A DNA stretch of 64,000 bases from the human T2T-CHM13v2.0 reference genome, Homo sapiens. The notes under the pieces were generated by a model. It had not been told where the DNA came from, searched no databases, and saw nothing but the letters and a program-made list of their open reading frames with translations. How positions within the stretch are numbered: position 1 is the first letter of the stretch; every line of letters starts with the position of its first letter. Shown here one piece after another: positions 1-27,996 of this stretch. The stretch lies in assembly GCF_009914755.1 (NCBI RefSeq), contig NC_060934.1. One strand, given 5' to 3'. Made by a program: the position numbers and the translations under genes.

Positions 1-12
1 CTGTCTTTCTAG

Positions 13-463
<451 letters not shown>

Positions 464-1062
464 CATGGTATTTTTAATTTTAAAATACACTTGAACATGT
501 GAAATACGATTTTTTTGTGTGAAGAAAAAATTTTAAAATCTAGAAAAAGAAGAGAATAAGTATGACAAACGTGCGATCCTGCCACCACTGACAAATGCCT
601 GCACCTGAAGTTCTTTCCCTTTTTCTCTTAAAGGAGCTGAAATGTTAATAAGCATAATTGAAATTTCCTTTGTACCACTCTCCAGTTTAATTCCTCTCTC
701 CTCTTTTGTTCTAACTAGTAACAGATATTTGGTGTGTATAGTTTTCCTGTCTCTTTTCAGGATATATATTATATCACTGATACGTATTACCAGTATTCTA
801 GATTGTTGTGTTTTAAAACATTTATGTGATTATTGTATTATTATTGTTCTACCACTTGCTTGTTTACTCCACAAATGTGTTTAGATCTATCTAGTCTTAT
901 TGAAGTATCTATAGCTACATATTTGTAGTTATTTCATTTAAACTGTTTTATAGTATTCCATCTTAGAACTGAAATTATTTGTTCCCCATTTGTTAAAGGA
1001 TATTTAGGTTGTTTAAAGTTTTTTCCTGTTATGTACACTGCCACAATGAGCTTCTATTTAAA

Positions 1063-2064
1063 GTTGTTTTGTTTTGTTTTTGAGTCAGGGGCTCACTGTG
1101 TCACCCAGGCTGAAGTGCAATGGCGCAGTCATGGCTTACTGCAGCCTCGACCTCCTGGGCTCAAGCAATCCTTCTGCCTTAGCCTCCTGAGTAGCTACAA
1201 CTACAGGTGTGAGCCACCACACCCAGCTAATTTTTTATTAATAAATTTTTTGTGGAGATGGGTTCTTGCTGTGTTGCCCGGACTGGTCTCTAATTCCTGG
1301 CCTTGTGTGGTCCTCCCACCTAGGTCTCCCAAAGCAGTGGGATTACAGGTATAACCCACCGCACCTGGCCTTAACATTTAAGTGAAAATTAACTTTTTCC
1401 TTATTATGTAAGCAATCATATCTTCATTATTGAAAATATAAAAATGTAAGCAAGCAAACAGAAGAAAACAAATGTACATAATTTCCCAGTCCCACCTATC
1501 CGGAATCAATAGGTGTTAATTAACCCTATATATTTTCCAGACTTTGTTAATATTTGTGTTCATGTTGTGTATGCATATAGTTATATGTGCATGGTGGGTG
1601 TGTATATTAAACAAATAGGTACTTTACTATTTGGTAGCTTGCTTTTTTTCATTTTAATAATCAACTTTGTGAGAAGAATAGTTTTTAAAAAATCAATACA
1701 TTATAAAGTAATATATTGTACAGTTGCACAGAAGTTTATAAATCAGAATTTCTTCTCTATGTCTTCTCTTCTAGTCTCGTTTGTACATATCCAGATCACG
1801 AAGTAGTTTTTTTTTTTTTTTTTTTGAGACAGGGTCTCACTCCTGTCGTTCAGGTGGGAGTGCAGTGGCACGATGACAGCTTATTGCAGTCGTGACCTCC
1901 TGGGCTCAAACAATCCTCCTGCCTCACTTTTAAATTTTTCTTTTGTAGAGAAGAGGTCTCACTTTGTTGCCCAGGCTGGCCTCGAACTCCCGGGCTCAAG
2001 CAGTCCGCCTCGCCTCGGCCTCCCAAAGTGCTGGGATTACAGGCATGAGCCACCATGTCCAGCC
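1063..2064 (-). mobile_element. Two AluJ-like elements (~1063-1370, ~1807-2064)
   Basis: Alu consensus, minus strand. Confidence 0.8.
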
Positions 2065-2577
2065 TCAATAAGTGATTTTTAATCTGATGATTGTTCAATA
2101 TAAAATTAGCTTTCTTTACTTTCCTAAGTGTCATTGTATTTTTAAATGTTCTCTTTTCAATTCTGTAGTATTTGGGGAAGAAAGTAAAATATAATATATG
2201 AATTACAGGGAATAGAATAAGGTATTTGGAAGCATTTTAGCTTTAGAAAATGAGATGAGACACTACTTTTTGCCATAGCGATGGATTTAAAACCCCTAAG
2301 GATGAGCATGACTGAGGCCCAAGGAATTATTCCTTCCACTTCACTTTCTGCTCCTGAGAGCTGCCTGGTTTCCTGTGGTAGAGATGCTTCATTAGTAAAT
2401 GAAGGGCTGTCACCTCCTTGTTCTGGAACTTGCCTTCTTCTTTTACTTCTGTCCAGATGTGATAGTTCTCATCAGAGAAATTCTCCAGGCTGTCTCTTAG
2501 ATTGCAAAAAAACAGGACAAGTGGAACTGCTCAGTGTGGGAGGCAGTGTGGTAGAGTATGTAAGAGTATGGACTTGG

Positions 2578-3210
<633 letters not shown>

Positions 3211-3541
3211 GTATAGACTTTGGAGCTAGATGGCCTGGGTTTGAATTTCATCTCTGCACTTAACTGTATAACTTAAGGCAAGTAACTTAATTTCTCTGGG
3301 CCTCTGACTTTTTCTGTCAAATGGAGATAGTGATAATACTTAACCTCATAGATTTGTTGTGAGGATTAAAGAGGAGGTACTTAAGAGGAGGTAAAACACT
3401 TAGAACAAACCTGCTGGAAAAGAGGAACCCAGTAAGTGATGGTGGTAGTGGTGATGGTGATGCTTGAATTTTGGTGTTGGAATTTGTTTATAATACTATT
3501 TAAGTAGATGGTATTGCTCATGTTAACTTTTTTATTTTAAG

Positions 3542-3619
3542 ATGAAGTGGCTGTAATTGATGAAATTCAAATGATTAGAGATCCAGCCAGAGGATGGGCC
3601 TGGACCAGAGCACTTCTAG
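3542..3619 (+). CDS. SUPV3L1: SUPV3L1 exon 7: (Y)[25 protein letters not shown], helicase motif II DEIQ
   Basis: ttttaag acceptor, gttggt donor, 78 bp, phase 1-1. Confidence 0.95.
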
Positions 3620-3992
3620 GTTGGTGGTCGTAATGCTATAAAACCCGTGCTTTATGACATCTGCGCTGAGATGCATTTTTATCTGCTTGCCATTGCCAAC
3701 CAAATAGAGTCACCTAGAACCTTTCTTTTTGACACAAAAAAGTAAACTAAGTATGAGTTTTTATTTTCTAAATATTATTTTAATAATGGGAAATCTATTT
3801 TTTCCTGTGCTAAAACTAGCATAACCATGTAATTAAAGTTAAAATGTTCAAATCTCATATTTACACAACTACAATTTATGTTTTGGTGTGTTTCATGCTA
3901 GTCTTTTCTTTTTTGTATGTGCATATGGTGTTTTGAGAACATTAGTTTTGTATCTTGCTGTTTTTCATGTGACATTTTTCATTATGTATTAA

Positions 3993-4871
<879 letters not shown>

Positions 4872-5345
4872 GGCTGAACTCTTTTTTTAAACAAAGAGTA
4901 TACATTGAAGCCTGTTATGTAAAATACATGGAAGTGGATCTGCTCGGGGATAAGGAGCTTGGAGTTTCTTCTGCCCTCCAACCCCCAACCTCTGAGGTAC
5001 CTCAGCGATTCCATGGAGCCTAATTTGAAAAACACAAGTATAGGGTCTGTGTTCAGTACTTAGCATCCAAATGCCAGCTTCTAATCCTGGCTCATTTCAC
5101 TCTGATAGAGTTGAAACTTTGGCCAAAGCAATTTAAAAGGCCTGAGATTAATAAAAATTGGATAATCTTTGCCCATTAGAAGTTGGTGATTATTTCAAGG
5201 TTTGCATCAGAGATAATATTTTTGAAAATACTTGGTAAGGTTGTAAAGCAATATGTAAGCCAACGTAAAGTACTTTGGCTATGTAAAATGTTGTATATTT
5301 AATTATAAATCTTTAAAATTAAGAAACCCAGTTTTGCATTGACAG

Positions 5346-5437
5346 GACTGTGTGCTGAAGAGGTTCATTTGTGTGGAGAACCTGCTGCTATTGACCTGGT
5401 GATGGAGCTTATGTACACAACGGGGGAGGAAGTGGAG
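5346..5437 (+). CDS. SUPV3L1: SUPV3L1 exon 8: (G)[30 protein letters not shown]
   Basis: gacag acceptor, gtattc donor, 92 bp, frame continuous. Confidence 0.95.
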
Positions 5438-5873
5438 GTATTCGATTAGATGCTTTGTTCTCCAGGTGGCATATCAAATAGTCCAGAGTACCTAGGCAGT
5501 GGCTTCAGAGGCCCTAGATAATGCCAGCGTCAGAACTTAACTAAAAAGAAAGCTTCATTTTCTTGTGATCAACTAGACCATATATATTTGATTGAACCTC
5601 ATGATCTGAAGTTCTGACAGAGTGGTCATCACACCCTAAGTCTTCCAAGAGTACAGGAAATTCTTCACTTCTTGACAAAACCTTGTGGGGCTTGAGTAGA
5701 TCTCTTCGAATTAAATAAATCAGTACTCTTAGAAGTTGGAGACCCAGCAAGTTTGTCGTTTTCAAAGTGTTGTATGTCAGATATTGGGGCCTTTGATACA
5801 CATCTAATTGCCAGACACAGTTTATATTCCTTTTTGAAATTCTTAGAGTTGGAAGTAACTGGTTTCCTTTTAA

Positions 5874-6210
<337 letters not shown>

Positions 6211-6725
6211 AGGAAATAGTTTTGAATTAGCCTGTTATTTTAGTTTTGTGCTCAGTTTTCAAGGAGAGATAGTGGAATATAGTGGAAGAAATTTTGGAGT
6301 CCATTCTGTGTTTTGCCATTCTTAGCTTTGCATTCTTTAGACAAGTCACAGAAGGTTAGACTTGCAAAATGTGCCTCAGACATTAATTTTTTATTGGGCT
6401 CAGTTTTACTATTTTATAAAATGGAAATAGCAGTTAATAACCTTTCTGAACTTAACACATTGCCGTGAAAATGAAATATATGAGAAAAAGCTTTGAAAAC
6501 AGGTGAAACACTCTGTTTCATCTTATTAATTTAGAGATGCCAATGAGAAGTGATGGTAACACTTATAATATCAAAATAAATGTTTTTCTGTGTTTTCTTT
6601 TGAAAAACATTGGTACTTATCAGTTTTTAGCTACTCTTAACTGCATTACAATCTTTTCACTTAATTACTAGTCACAAGAAGTTGAGTTGGGTGTGTCATT
6701 TTGCCATTTCATGTCTTTATTGTAG

Positions 6726-6906
6726 GTTCGAGACTATAAGAGGCTTACCCCCATTTCTGTGCTGGACCATGCACTAGAATCTTTAGATAACCTTCGGCCT
6801 GGGGACTGCATTGTCTGTTTTAGCAAGAATGATATTTATTCTGTGAGTCGGCAGATTGAAATTCGGGGATTAGAATCAGCTGTTATATATGGCAGTCTCC
6901 CACCTG
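6726..6906 (+). CDS. SUPV3L1: SUPV3L1 exon 9: [13 protein letters not shown]...[13 protein letters not shown]...VIYGSLPP
   Basis: tgtag acceptor, gtaatt donor, 181 bp. Confidence 0.95.
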
Positions 6907-7457
6907 GTAATTATTGACTTTCCTCGTGACAAGATATGAAATCTCCTATCTTTGCAATTTATGTTGAGATATATATAAAAAAATGGTAAACAATATTGAA
7001 TTAAGCTGCTTGATGTATTGGTAATTTGTTAAACGTCATATAAAATAAATAATTTTCTATTTCATCTTAGTGGAAATAGAAGTATTTTAATTATAGTTCT
7101 TGTTAGTTGCTGCTATTATTAGACTGTATCTTAAATGTTGAGTTTATTATTTTCTTACAGAAATGTCATTGAAATCTGGTCTTGACCATGTCCTTTTAAG
7201 TTGTAGTCCTGAAATCTGTGTCCTCAGGAATAAGGCTAGTGTGGTGGGGGATTGTGTTGCTATATGACGGAGTATTTGAAGGAATGGATGTAAAGGATAA
7301 GTGGCTCTTTGAGGATATAAAGAAATAAAGTTTGAAACAGTAAAGGTTTTATCATTAAAAATGGGAAGAACAGGAGGTGAGGGTTTCCAAGATGTACTTA
7401 GCTTGATGTAATAAAAGACTGAGAACACTGATTTAACATAAATTGTTCTTGTTTTAG

Positions 7458-7551
7458 GGACCAAACTTGCTCAAGCAAAAAAGTTTAATGATCCCAATGA
7501 CCCATGCAAAATCTTGGTTGCTACAGATGCAATTGGCATGGGACTTAATTT
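7458..7551 (+). CDS. SUPV3L1: SUPV3L1 exon 10: (G)[30 protein letters not shown], motif V
   Basis: ttttag acceptor, gtaagt donor, 94 bp. Confidence 0.95.
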
Positions 7552-7744
7552 GTAAGTAATTTGTTTTTAATAAGATGAATATTTGGTGAGTTAAATGGTG
7601 GTTTTTTTGTTTTTCAGTTTTCTAATTGGCATTAATGACCAAACGCTATGATTTGGGAGAATAAATATTATAGGCTAGATTTGAGGTTTGTCTTGCCTAC
7701 ACCTATTGAGGGAAATAAAAAGAAAATATTAAATAGTGCCAGGA

Positions 7745-8499
<755 letters not shown>

Positions 8500-8633
8500 T
8501 TTCCTTAATTTTGTAAGTGGCAGTCAAGGTTGCAAGAGGACCTAAGCTAGTATTGGAGTGAGCATTATGCAATGACCCAAGTATTGGAGGGTTTTTCATA
8601 CAGTCTGCAGGATCACTTTTATTTCTGTTTCAG

Positions 8634-8853
8634 GAGCATAAGGAGAATTATTTTTTACTCCCTTATAAAGCCCAGTATCAATGAAAAGGGAGAGAGAGAA
8701 CTAGAACCAATCACAACCTCTCAAGCCCTGCAGATTGCTGGCAGAGCTGGCAGATTCAGCTCACGGTTTAAAGAAGGAGAGGTTACAACAATGAATCATG
8801 AAGATCTCAGTTTATTAAAGGAAATTTTGAAGAGGCCTGTGGATCCTATAAGG
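8634..8853 (+). CDS. SUPV3L1: SUPV3L1 exon 11: [13 protein letters not shown]...QIAGRAGRF...VDPIR, motif VI
   Basis: tttcag acceptor, gtaaga donor, 220 bp; QIAGRAGR motif in ORF 8572..8964. Confidence 0.96.
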
Positions 8854-9880
8854 GTAAGAGGTAACATGTTAACTACTGCTTCTCTGTGGAGGAGAGTCAT
8901 TCTTTCCCTCACCCACCATCCAGACTCTCACCTCAGACACATTTCTGGATACAGACATAAGTGAAAGAAAATTTTGTGCCATGAAAACTGCATTAAAAAA
9001 GCCCTACTTTATTGCTTTGGAGAGCCACAGAGTTCTTTGATCAGGGAATGGTATGCAAGTGAAGGTCCAGATTGACAAAGTTTAGTGAGCCTGATTTGCC
9101 TTTACTTCCTTCCGGAATCTAGCAGCGGGAAGGAACAGGGAGAAAAGCAGTTTCTTCAGCTGAGCACACAGAGCTACATTAGTGGACTGAAAAATGACCA
9201 GAAGCCTGAATATAGACGAAACCTTGTATTGCTTGGGGCAAAAACAGCCCTAAGCAATACAACTTCATCCAGTGAGGAGAAGGTTAAATTTTGGTTAATA
9301 TTAGTTAATGAGTTAGAATTGTACATATTTGAAACAAACTTTCTAGTAATAGTCAAAATTTAAAGTTCCCTGGAAAATTCACTTACATGGCTTATCTCAT
9401 TTGTGACACTAGATGAAGGGGAGTATAGACATGAGATCATACAGGGAGAAGCATGCAGGGAGAGAAGCTTCCAGGGGAAGGCTGTGCTGGAATCATTTCT
9501 GTAACTTCTTAGCAGTACAGTTAGGTTCGTGGTTGGCTCCTGTGACCTCCCTGCTTCCCTCCTGGGCACCTCATGTCTTGGACTCTTCTTCCCTCCCTTA
9601 TGACTAATTTCTCTTGCCTCTTTTCTTCTGTCTTTTTCATTCACTTTCTCTCTCTGTTTCATACTTCATTCCTTATACTTTCCTGTGGCCATGTCCTAAC
9701 GGTGTAATGTGTAGCTAAAGAGAACTCACTTCCAGTTTAAAAATGTTCTCATGTCTTTCTAGATGTATATATCTATGTTAGTTTTATTGCCTTGGTTAAA
9801 GTGACTGGGTTTTTCTTATTCATTTTAATTCAATGAGGAGAAATGAGACATGGAAAATGGTTTTACCCTGGAAAACAGGT

Positions 9881-10493
<613 letters not shown>

Positions 10494-10793
10494 CATAAAA
10501 TCATTTTTTGTACACTGCCAGATCATCATAGGTTTTAGAAATATAACTAAAATGTAAGCAAAAGACTAATTTCTCAGTGGCCATAATCTGTCATTTTTAC
10601 TAAATCATCAACTTTTCTAATTGGTAATAAATGGTAAAATGATATTTTTTCTCTTTTACTCAAATTCTTGGCATTTACTTCATATGGTGAGAGCTTAGCC
10701 TGAATGGGACTTTATCGTGCAATAACTTAAGAAAATTTGTCCTTTTTGAAAAAAAAAAAATCAGCTTATGATTGTTTTTTCTTTTACTAAAAG

Positions 10794-10874
10794 GCAGCTG
10801 GTCTTCATCCAACTGCTGAGCAGATTGAAATGTTTGCCTACCATCTCCCTGATGCAACACTGTCCAATCTCATT
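10794..10874 (+). CDS. SUPV3L1: SUPV3L1 exon 12: [27 protein letters not shown]
   Basis: aag acceptor after T-rich tract, gtaagt donor, 81 bp. Confidence 0.93.
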
Positions 10875-11221
10875 GTAAGTGGAAACTCCCTTTCACATCT
10901 CCCCTAAAAATGTTGATATGTCAGGTGATTACTGGTTAACCTCATGAGCATGAATGGATAGTCTGCCTTTGAGAAGTTGGTATTTATAAAATTTATTTTA
11001 CAAGTGAAAATTTTTTCTCAAAATCTTTTGGGACTTTAGCCCTGAGGAATTTCCTCTCAGTATTTCAGGTGGGGAAGGATATGAGGGAGTGATTAAAGCA
11101 AGCCTTTATGGAAGTTTGTTCTGGATTAAAGAGATTGTCTTTTATAGACTTGAGTATGTTATTCATTGTTCATTTTAATTCACTTAGGCAGTCCAGTAAT
11201 TTCTGTCTTTTTTTCCCCAAG

Positions 11222-11398
11222 GATATTTTTGTAGACTTTTCACAAGTTGATGGGCAGTATTTTGTCTGCAATATGGATGATTTTAAATTTTCTGCAGAGT
11301 TGATCCAGCATATTCCACTAAGTCTGCGAGTGAGGTATGTTTTCTGCACAGCTCCTATCAACAAGAAGCAGCCTTTTGTGTGTTCTTCACTGTTACAG
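11222..11398 (+). CDS. SUPV3L1: SUPV3L1 exon 13: [17 protein letters not shown]...PFVCSSLLQ
   Basis: ccccaag acceptor, gtaagc donor, 177 bp. Confidence 0.95.
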
Positions 11399-11707
11399 GT
11401 AAGCCTTTATCTTTAAGCTATTTTGAGTTCCTTCTGGTTGATGCAGGTTCCCCAAACAGTACTTTGTTATTCAAAATAAAATAATTACAAGAGTATTCAG
11501 TAATATGAGAGACTTTGTAAAAACTTAAATAGGGGTTAATAGTAGCAACAGTGTTCAGTTTTCTTAAGTGTAAAGCACTGAGCCAGGGGTTACTGTCTTG
11601 TATGAGCACCATGCCAGGGTTCTAGCCTCTTTTAACTCATTTGGGTAGGGATGCAAATCTCTGACTTCTGAGAAGCACAGGATTCCTGGGGGCCAGGAAG
11701 GACAGTG

Positions 11708-12593
<886 letters not shown>

Positions 12594-13132
12594 ATGTTCT
12601 CTCACCTCCCGCCCTATTTCCTCTGCTTTGCATGCTCTCCCCACCCCACTAAACCCAAAGGCCTCCTCTTCTCTGAATCTTGTCCTGACTCACTGAGGTT
12701 CACTGCCATTTCCTCTGTAGGCCTGAGCATTCTACATATGAGCTATATTCTAATCAAATCTAGCTCTAAACTTATTTTTTAAATAACATAAATAGTCCAG
12801 TGCTGTGGCTCATGCCTGTAATCCCAGCACTTTGGGAGGCAGGAAGGATTGCTTAAGCCTAGGAGTTCGAGAACATCTCCAGCAACATAGCAAGACTCTG
12901 CCCTTTAAAAAAAAAATTACATAAATAATACATACATTCTCTTTATACAAAATGAAAACATTACAGATAGCTTAAATGTGGCTCCCTCCCCAATCTTAGT
13001 CCTCTGAAATAACTACTTGTGTAAGTTTGTGTGTATCTTTGCAGACTGTTTTTCATTGCGTTTGCCTATGTGCATGTTCATGTGGAAACACTAGATTTGT
13101 TGTGAGGGTGCATTTCCCCATAAAAAATTATC

Positions 13133-14208
<1,076 letters not shown>

Positions 14209-14366
14209 TAAAAATTAGAATATGAAATCTAGAGGCTTTTCCTTTTTTCCTGATCTTTGTCATTACTGAACTATGAAAGAGCTCAATCACATTAATGACT
14301 TAGGATGCCCCTTAGGACTGTGATTTGGAAGCTGTGCTCCATGGAGCTCCTTTAGGGCCAGCTGCT

Positions 14367-14390
14367 GGATGGATGGATGGATGGATGGAT
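14367..14390 (+). repeat. (GGAT)6 microsatellite
   Basis: Direct read. Confidence 0.95.
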
Positions 14391-15077
14391 GGGCGGGCAT
14401 CTCTCCCTGCTCTCTCTGCATAGCTCCTTACTTAGCTCTTTTATGTATTGGGCTTCCACTAGTTGTTTGTGGCCAAAAAAAATAGAGCCACTGCCTTTAT
14501 AAGATAACTTGAGAACTCATGCTTGGCCTGTCCTGCCTAGCAGGTAGTGTGGTCACATTTCTACCCTTTATGGCTATCCTACTTGGCATTTATTAAACTT
14601 AGCAGAGTGGACCAGACTGAATTTAACAAAATTGTGGCATTATTTAACTACAATTGATCTAAAACTGCTCTTCCTCTCTGAAGTATTAACCTTGCTTAGG
14701 TTAAGCATTTAGAGATAATTTCCCCTAATCAGGAAATGAATCATTTGAAATCAGCTTGAATCTTGAAGCTGAAGATTTTATTTAAACTCTTGCTTGAGGG
14801 GTCTTACTGTGTGGTTGTATGTCTATCTTCTGTAGTACAGGTGATGTATAATATTGCCTAATTCTGGGATGCAACATGGTTTTGAAAGCACATTCCCCAG
14901 CAGTGTCTTGTGGTTCAAGACAGGGCTGTGATGTCTCACGTTACCAGTGAGGAAGCTGAAGCAAAGAGTGTTGACTTGGCCAAAGCCACACAGCTCGCAG
15001 GAGGCAGATCCAAGATTGACTTCTGACCAGCCTTGCACCAGGCCACCTCAGAGGGTTTCTATATAATAAGGGAGGAC

Positions 15078-15372
<295 letters not shown>

Positions 15373-16143
15373 AAGGGAGGACATTAACAAGATAGAGAAA
15401 CTTAAGCTCGTATTTGAGGTTATAGGACTATTACATATGAGATAGAAATAGGAGTCTTCAGGTACTGTCTGTCCATAGCTTTAGAACATCACATATTCCT
15501 AAATAAGAGTTAACAGACTTAGGCCCTGGAAAGTTAGTCCTTCTACAGCTTCTTTTTTTTTTTAACTGCTCCTTGTGGAGCAGGGATACCCTATAGGTAG
15601 TGTGCCCAGAGTAGCCCTTGAACTTCTGCTGCACATATTATTACCCTGGTTTTAGAAAAAGAAGGAAATCATCTTCTTTTGTTTTTTCTTTCTCCAAATG
15701 GTCTCACTGCTGGAGTGCAGTGGCACGATCATGGCGCACTGCAGCCTTGACCTCCCTGGGCTCAGTAATCCTCCACCTCAGCTTCCTGAGGAGTAGATGG
15801 AATCACAGGCACACACCACCATGCCCAGCTAATTCTTTGTGTTTTTTGTATGGATGGGGTTTCTCCATGTTGCCCCAGCTGGTCTCGAACTCCTGGGCTC
15901 AAGTGATCTACCCGCTTCAGACTCCCAGAGTGCTGGGATTATAGACGTGAGCCACTGTACCTGGCCTTATAAAGTATTAAATGTTCTTTAAAATGTAGAA
16001 GAGTATAAAGGAGAAAAGAAACCACCTGTCTATTGAAATACAACCACAATGTTTTGTTTTGCTTTCTTTTTTTTCTCTTTCTAATTATAGACTTAAGGGA
16101 ATTCTGACACTTCTCTGAAACCCTTTTCCTCTTTCTCTCTCAG

Positions 16144-16292
16144 TTTGCCAGGCAGTATAGCAGGAATGAGCCCCTGACCTTTGCATGGTTACGCCGATAC
16201 ATCAAATGGCCTTTACTTCCACCTAAGAATATTAAAGACCTCATGGATCTTGAAGCTGTCCACGATGTCTTGGATCTTTACTTGTGGCTAAG
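16144..16292 (+). CDS. SUPV3L1: SUPV3L1 exon 14: [16 protein letters not shown]...[10 protein letters not shown]
   Basis: long pyrimidine tract + cag, gtacca donor, 149 bp. Confidence 0.95.
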
Positions 16293-16534
16293 GTACCAAC
16301 ATTTTTCCTTTATGTGCTCTCATTTTTCTAGTAGGACAAATTAAAGGTTTTATGAATTTGTTTTTCTATTTCAAATTATGGACATATTTGCAAGATGCTC
16401 TATATTATGTCTATTGTCCATAAAGGCAATTCAACTGATGGAATGGTTTCCCATTCCAAAAATGACTTGAGTTCTTGCAATTCTAGTTAAGATGGCTAGG
16501 TGAGAAGGAAGGTCCACTGGACTCCTGCTGGTCA

Positions 16535-16690
16535 AAGGATGGTCCTTGGACCAAAAGCATTGGTATCACCTGGGAGCTTGTTAGAACTAAGGAGTATCAG
16601 GCCCATGCCTGACTTGATCAGATTCTGCATTTTAACAAGATCCCTGGGTGATTCACTTGTACATTATCATTTGAGAAGTCCTGTTCTAGG
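16535..16690. mobile_element. MER5-like hAT-Charlie DNA transposon relic
   Basis: atcacctgggagcttgttagaa...ctgcattttaacaagatccctgggtgattc resembles MER5A. Confidence 0.7.
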
Positions 16691-16950
16691 CCAGTGATTC
16701 TCAAAGGAGGGGCATGTCCCTCTCCAGGAGTATATCAGAGTCTATTGAGGTATAGTGCTGACCCACCCTCAGGATGACATATTCCTCCGATATTTGGGGG
16801 CAGAAATCAAGGTTGAGCAAAGGCACTGAAGAGAGTTTGCAAAAAGAACATTTAGAATTTATCAATGTCATGATGTAGGTGTGCCATTGAGAGTTGTCCA
16901 GTGACTGCGATAAGAGCTGTTGCTATAATGCTAATGTGTCTTTTTCCCAG

Positions 16951-17386
16951 CTACCGATTTATGGATATGTTTCCAGATGCCAGCCTTATTCGAGATCTCC
17001 AGAAAGAACTAGATGGTATTATCCAAGATGGTGTGCACAATATCACTAAATTGATTAAAATGTCTGAGACGCATAAGCTGTTGAATTTGGAGGGCTTTCC
17101 ATCAGGGAGCCAGTCACGATTGTCAGGAACCTTAAAGAGCCAAGCTAGAAGGACACGCGGCACCAAAGCTCTAGGGAGTAAAGCTACTGAGCCACCCAGC
17201 CCCGATGCAGGAGAGCTGTCCCTTGCTTCCAGATTGGTGCAGCAAGGACTCCTCACTCCAGACATGCTGAAACAGCTAGAAAAAGAGTGGATGACACAAC
17301 AAACTGAACACAACAAAGAAAAAACAGAGTCTGGGACTCATCCAAAAGGGACGAGAAGAAAGAAGAAGGAACCTGATTCGGACTAG
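16951..17386 (+). CDS. SUPV3L1: SUPV3L1 last coding exon (15): (S)[10 protein letters not shown]...[10 protein letters not shown]
   Basis: ttcccag acceptor; open frame to TAG 17384-17386. Confidence 0.96.
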
Positions 17387-17425
17387 TTTTCTGTTCCTGT
17401 TTTTTTTTTTTTATTTAATTTTGCA

Positions 17426-17431
17426 AATAAA
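17426..17431 (+). terminator. SUPV3L1 proximal polyadenylation signal AATAAA
   Basis: AATAAA 40 nt after the stop, U-rich upstream and GU/U-rich downstream (17513-17565). Confidence 0.7.
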
Positions 17432-19021
17432 AATTTATTTTGAATCCTTTTTCCTCATATGCATTTACTCCCTCCTCTAGTATTGTGGCTATCTGGTACT
17501 GGGGGATTTTTGGTGTGTGTGTGTGTTTGTGTGTGTGTTTTTTTGTTTGTTTTTTCTTTTTTTGCACAGAAAAATCTCTCTTGATGACTAAACTTGTTTT
17601 TTTTTTTTTCAACATTTAGAAAATACTAGGATATCATGGAGGTTTAATTTAAGTCTTTATATAATGGCCATTTGTAGAATAGTACTAAGACAGTGCACTA
17701 TAAGGAACTCTGCATGGGAATAAAATCACTTTGGTGAATTGTTTGACCAGTTTCCTGTGCCATGCTGAGGATGTCATGGATGCAGTTCTTTGACAAACAT
17801 TGCTGTCTGTTGTACCCATATACCAGAGGCTATTTAGGTGCTGGAAATATGCAGTAAGCAAGACTGACAATCTTCTACCCTCATGGATCTCATATTTGGT
17901 AGGAGAGACAGGAACAGGTTAACAAATAAATCCTGTCAGATCGGTGAGGGCAGAGATTGTAGTCTATTTCACTACTGCATCCACAGTATCTGGAATATAG
18001 CAGAAGCAAAATCATTCTTTGTGAGATGAATGGGTGTAATTTTAGAGATGAATGCTAGAAAGAATAAGGAAAGAGTGATGCTGAGTGGCAGGGAAGGGCT
18101 GTTTTAGGTAGGGTGGTCTTCCCTTGTCCAAAGGCCAGCCTACACTTGTTCAACGAAGTTTTCAACCCTGTTCAGAAACCTAGCTAAAAGGGGTTTAAAG
18201 GTGGAGGCTTTGGAGTTAGACAGATGTGGTTCCTTTTCATATCACAGCTTAGCAGCCTTGCCATCTCTGGGCTTGATCTCACATCTGAAGAAAATGGTCA
18301 GTATGCTCACTTAGAGTTGTTTGGGAGGTTAAGTGTGATCACGTGCCATTTAGCACAGGGCCTGGCACACAGGAAGCATTTTATTATATAAATGAACCTG
18401 AAGGTTTGGGTCCAGTCTGGGCTGTGAATTGAGCTCTCAGATTATTCTGACAACTGAACTAATTTCTTGAGCAACTATTGAATTGGGGCTGACCTCCTGG
18501 TAGGGATTAAATATGATTTGACTCAAATTGGGTGAGGGAACGTAGCCAGATCTGCAACCTCTCTCTGCTTTTTTCTTTGGTGGTTCAGAGGTAACATTTA
18601 ACTGAGATGACAATCTTCATTCTGACCTTTGCCTTCATGGGAGTAAAGGCTGAGTGGGTGGCACTGACTCTATTTCCTCCTTGCTTATGGATAAACTAGT
18701 GAAATGCCTGGAAGGGCTTATCTCTTGATATTCTGCAGTGGGGCAACTGCAGCTTCTAGAATTTGCTTACCCCTGTGACTTACACCATAGCAGACATAAT
18801 CATTCTTGTCCAGATGGTTACAAGAAATACCTATGAACTGAACCAAATAGTGGATTTGGTCCCATCGTATGTAAGTGATGGGGTGCATCACTTAGAATGC
18901 TGTTAACTCTCCCATTTTCTCCAGTTTGGGGGCCAGAGTTGTTAAGTCAGAGAAAGGACTTAGGCAAGACACTTAAAAACTAAGGCAAGTGAAAAGTCCT
19001 GAATATGTTAAATAAAGAAGT

Positions 19022-20541
<1,520 letters not shown>

Positions 20542-20779
20542 TTACGTTATTCTAATTCCTTTTTTTTTTTCCCAGCTTGGTTTGATTTCTACCTTTATTG
20601 TTGGAAACTTGTCTCATGTGTCTAGCGATCCTTGCCTGTGTCTATGTTTAAAAGTGAAGAAATAAGCTAATGGAGAGCTCTGTTTATAGGCCTAATGTCT
20701 TTTCAGTTTTTATGCAGGTTGATTGGATGATAAGCTGGCTTTTTAAATGATTCCCTAAATGTCAGTATCTGTAAGGTTT

Positions 20780-23480
<2,701 letters not shown>

Positions 23481-23489
23481 CCTGTGGGT

Positions 23490-27996
<4,507 letters not shown>

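Noticed and set aside
16951-17316. Antisense ORFs over coding exons (also 55384-55617, 56453-56743, 58149-58526)
   Set aside because: Shadow frames of real exons
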